DNA of 64,000 nucleotides, from contig JAAILG010000029.1 in NCBI GenBank assembly GCA_012026655.1, positions 62,001-126,000 on the forward strand, given 5' to 3'. Made by a program: the position numbers and the translations under genes. The notes under the pieces are model-generated. The model saw only the letters and a list, made by a program, of their open reading frames with translations, was not told the origin of the DNA and made no database searches. This stretch comes from Hydrolagus affinis (Eukaryota). Positions within the stretch are counted from its first letter, which is position 1, and each line of letters begins with the position of its first letter. Shown piece by piece: positions 62,100 to 64,000 of the stretch.

Positions 62100-64000
62100 G
62101 TTTGTGTTTATTTTCAACGTATTTTCATCAAATTAGAATTCCAATATCTATAATGCTGAGTTGTAGATCTTTAAGATAAACTATTGCATTGAAGCTTGGT
62201 TTTACAACAACATGTTCCTTCATAGTGTCACACCCAAAGGTTGCTATAACAATTTGAAAGACGTTGATTCAACAGTGCCACACTGTAGCAGAGTTGTGCA
62301 ATTAATTTCCCAATTTTAATCTGGGGGATCTAGATCTAAATCAAAGGGAAAATAGAAAGAGCATTCAGATCTTTTCAGAAACCAAGCCAGCAGATGGCAA
62401 ATAGCTTGTAGTGCTGAAAAAATAATGTCTTAAGTATTGGAGCAAAGATAGAAAATAGCTGACAAGCATGGAGAGCGCTGATCAGGAAAGGTAAGTTCAT
62501 TAACATTTTCAGGTGTGTCAGCAATGAAAAAGATAAGTTGGAACTTCAACAGATGGATAGAATGCAAATCAAAAGAGGTGATTTTGTTACTGCAATAAAG
62601 AACTGGTTGAATATGTGCAGTACTATTGTTCATATCAGAGGAAAGATGCTATTGCATTTTAGAGAGTGCATTTTCAATATGTTTCAAGGGTGTAAATTAT
62701 GCGCAAGAGTTAACGTTAGTATAGGTTTGTCTCTGCTGGAAATTAGGGTTGTTTTGAAGTTGAGTACTCAAAAATCATATTTCACTGCTTTTTGTATGAT
62801 TGGAGAAATTCACAAAATCCCCAAAACAAAATGAGCAAGAGACTTTGGCAAGCGACCAGATATGGGTGTGAGCCCACAACACGTGTAAAGATTCTATGGC
62901 AGTGGTCACCCACTTTACCATTATACAGGAGCAATGCTAACGACCAATCAAATGTTTCATGAACTGAAGATCTTCTAACTTGCTGTGGAAGATGGGAAGC
63001 TGCCATTTACACTTGTGCACAGACCTTGGCAGTAGTAGGTGAAACAACTGTTTTAGTTACCTTGTGTGCAAATTACATCCTCTTTTGTTTTATGGAGTTA
63101 ATTTATCTGCAATTTCCCAGCAGATTTTTCAGCATCTGAAGACCATTTACTGTATACAGCTGGAGCAGCCAGCCCTGACTCTCGCCACAGTTCTGGGTTT
63201 CCGGAGACACTAATACCCAGCTACAGAGTGTTTTTTTTTACACACTGCTACTGCCAACAGTTTTGTAAATCATGCCAACAGAGATGTAATCTGCCATTTA
63301 GCTATCTGTTTGCAAGCTTGCCAAATAATCAGCCCAACTCATGGCTCGTTTTCCTGAAAACCAGACATTCTCCAGTGATCAAGGAGGGTTCAGAGATCAG
63401 AAGTGAAATTGGCAGACCTGACTTACAGTCAACGGCTTGCACACATGTGCCTCTTGTTGGTACCAGTTTCTGTATACCCAGCACAGAAGGGTCACTCTGT
63501 GCTATTCTATTAGGAAATAACAAATTCACTTCATTAATTTAGTGCAAATGAGTTGGTTGACCCAAGTCGGTGTTAGTTTGTTGCTGCTATGTTATGAATC
63601 AGAATGATGTAAGATATAAAGGGATGATTCAGATATAAGGATATGGTGGAAATGACGCAAGATAAAGAGAATAGACAAAAGTGCAGCAACAACTGAGATT
63701 GAGTAACTAGAAAGGGTGAAAAAAGGGAACACAGATTTTATAAGGGCTAAAAGGTTTTGCTACAGGCAAAACCTGGACATTTCTTGGAAGTTGGACATTT
63801 CTTGCAGATAAAACATTGGATAAAGATAAAACATTCACCTACAAGCCACCCAGTCACTACGCTTTACAGTTTATCTTGTGAAATGCTTTGAGATTGAAAT
63901 ATTCTGTAACAAATGCCAGGTTAATGATAATTGGAGAGAGAATGAGCAGTGGGAATCCAGCTTTGTGGTTTTATTCAATAGGGCACAGAATCGGAGAGGG

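Noticed and set aside
62100-64000. Candidates for the final ICE2 exon (near 62805 and 63120)
   Set aside because: AG-bounded short frames exist, but none resembles the known C-terminus well enough to call.

Overview
Vertebrate genomic DNA with spliceosomal GT-AG introns, not a prokaryotic window. The repeat content (tRNA-headed Deu-type SINEs with L2-type tails, CR1 3' ends, a Penelope-like end) suggests a cartilaginous fish, possibly a chimaera; this is an inference. Two + strand genes lie in the same tandem order as in mammals. (1) RORA (RAR-related orphan receptor alpha): nine coding exons from the first zinc finger (17754) to the stop (38394), then a ~5.5 kb 3' UTR ending near 43.9 kb. 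Its first exon(s) were not found, so 1-17753 is probably intron. (2) ICE2/NARG2 (little elongation complex subunit 2): CpG-island promoter at ~46.1-46.6 kb and 14 coding exons from ATG 46291 to 62099 (899 in-frame codons); the last exon was not located. Best leads: a Penelope-like insertion in a RORA intron with a hammerhead-ribozyme core in the loop of a 75-bp hairpin that masks its own cleavage site; a candidate in-frame alternative terminal RORA exon just upstream of it; miR-17~92 and miR-137 seed arrays in the RORA 3' UTR; antisense coding-like blocks in the same intron; a TA-targeting MITE family carrying G4 and CTCF-like motifs; and an overlapping uORF plus inverted SINE pairs in ICE2. 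All family assignments are by eye and from recall, with no database searches.
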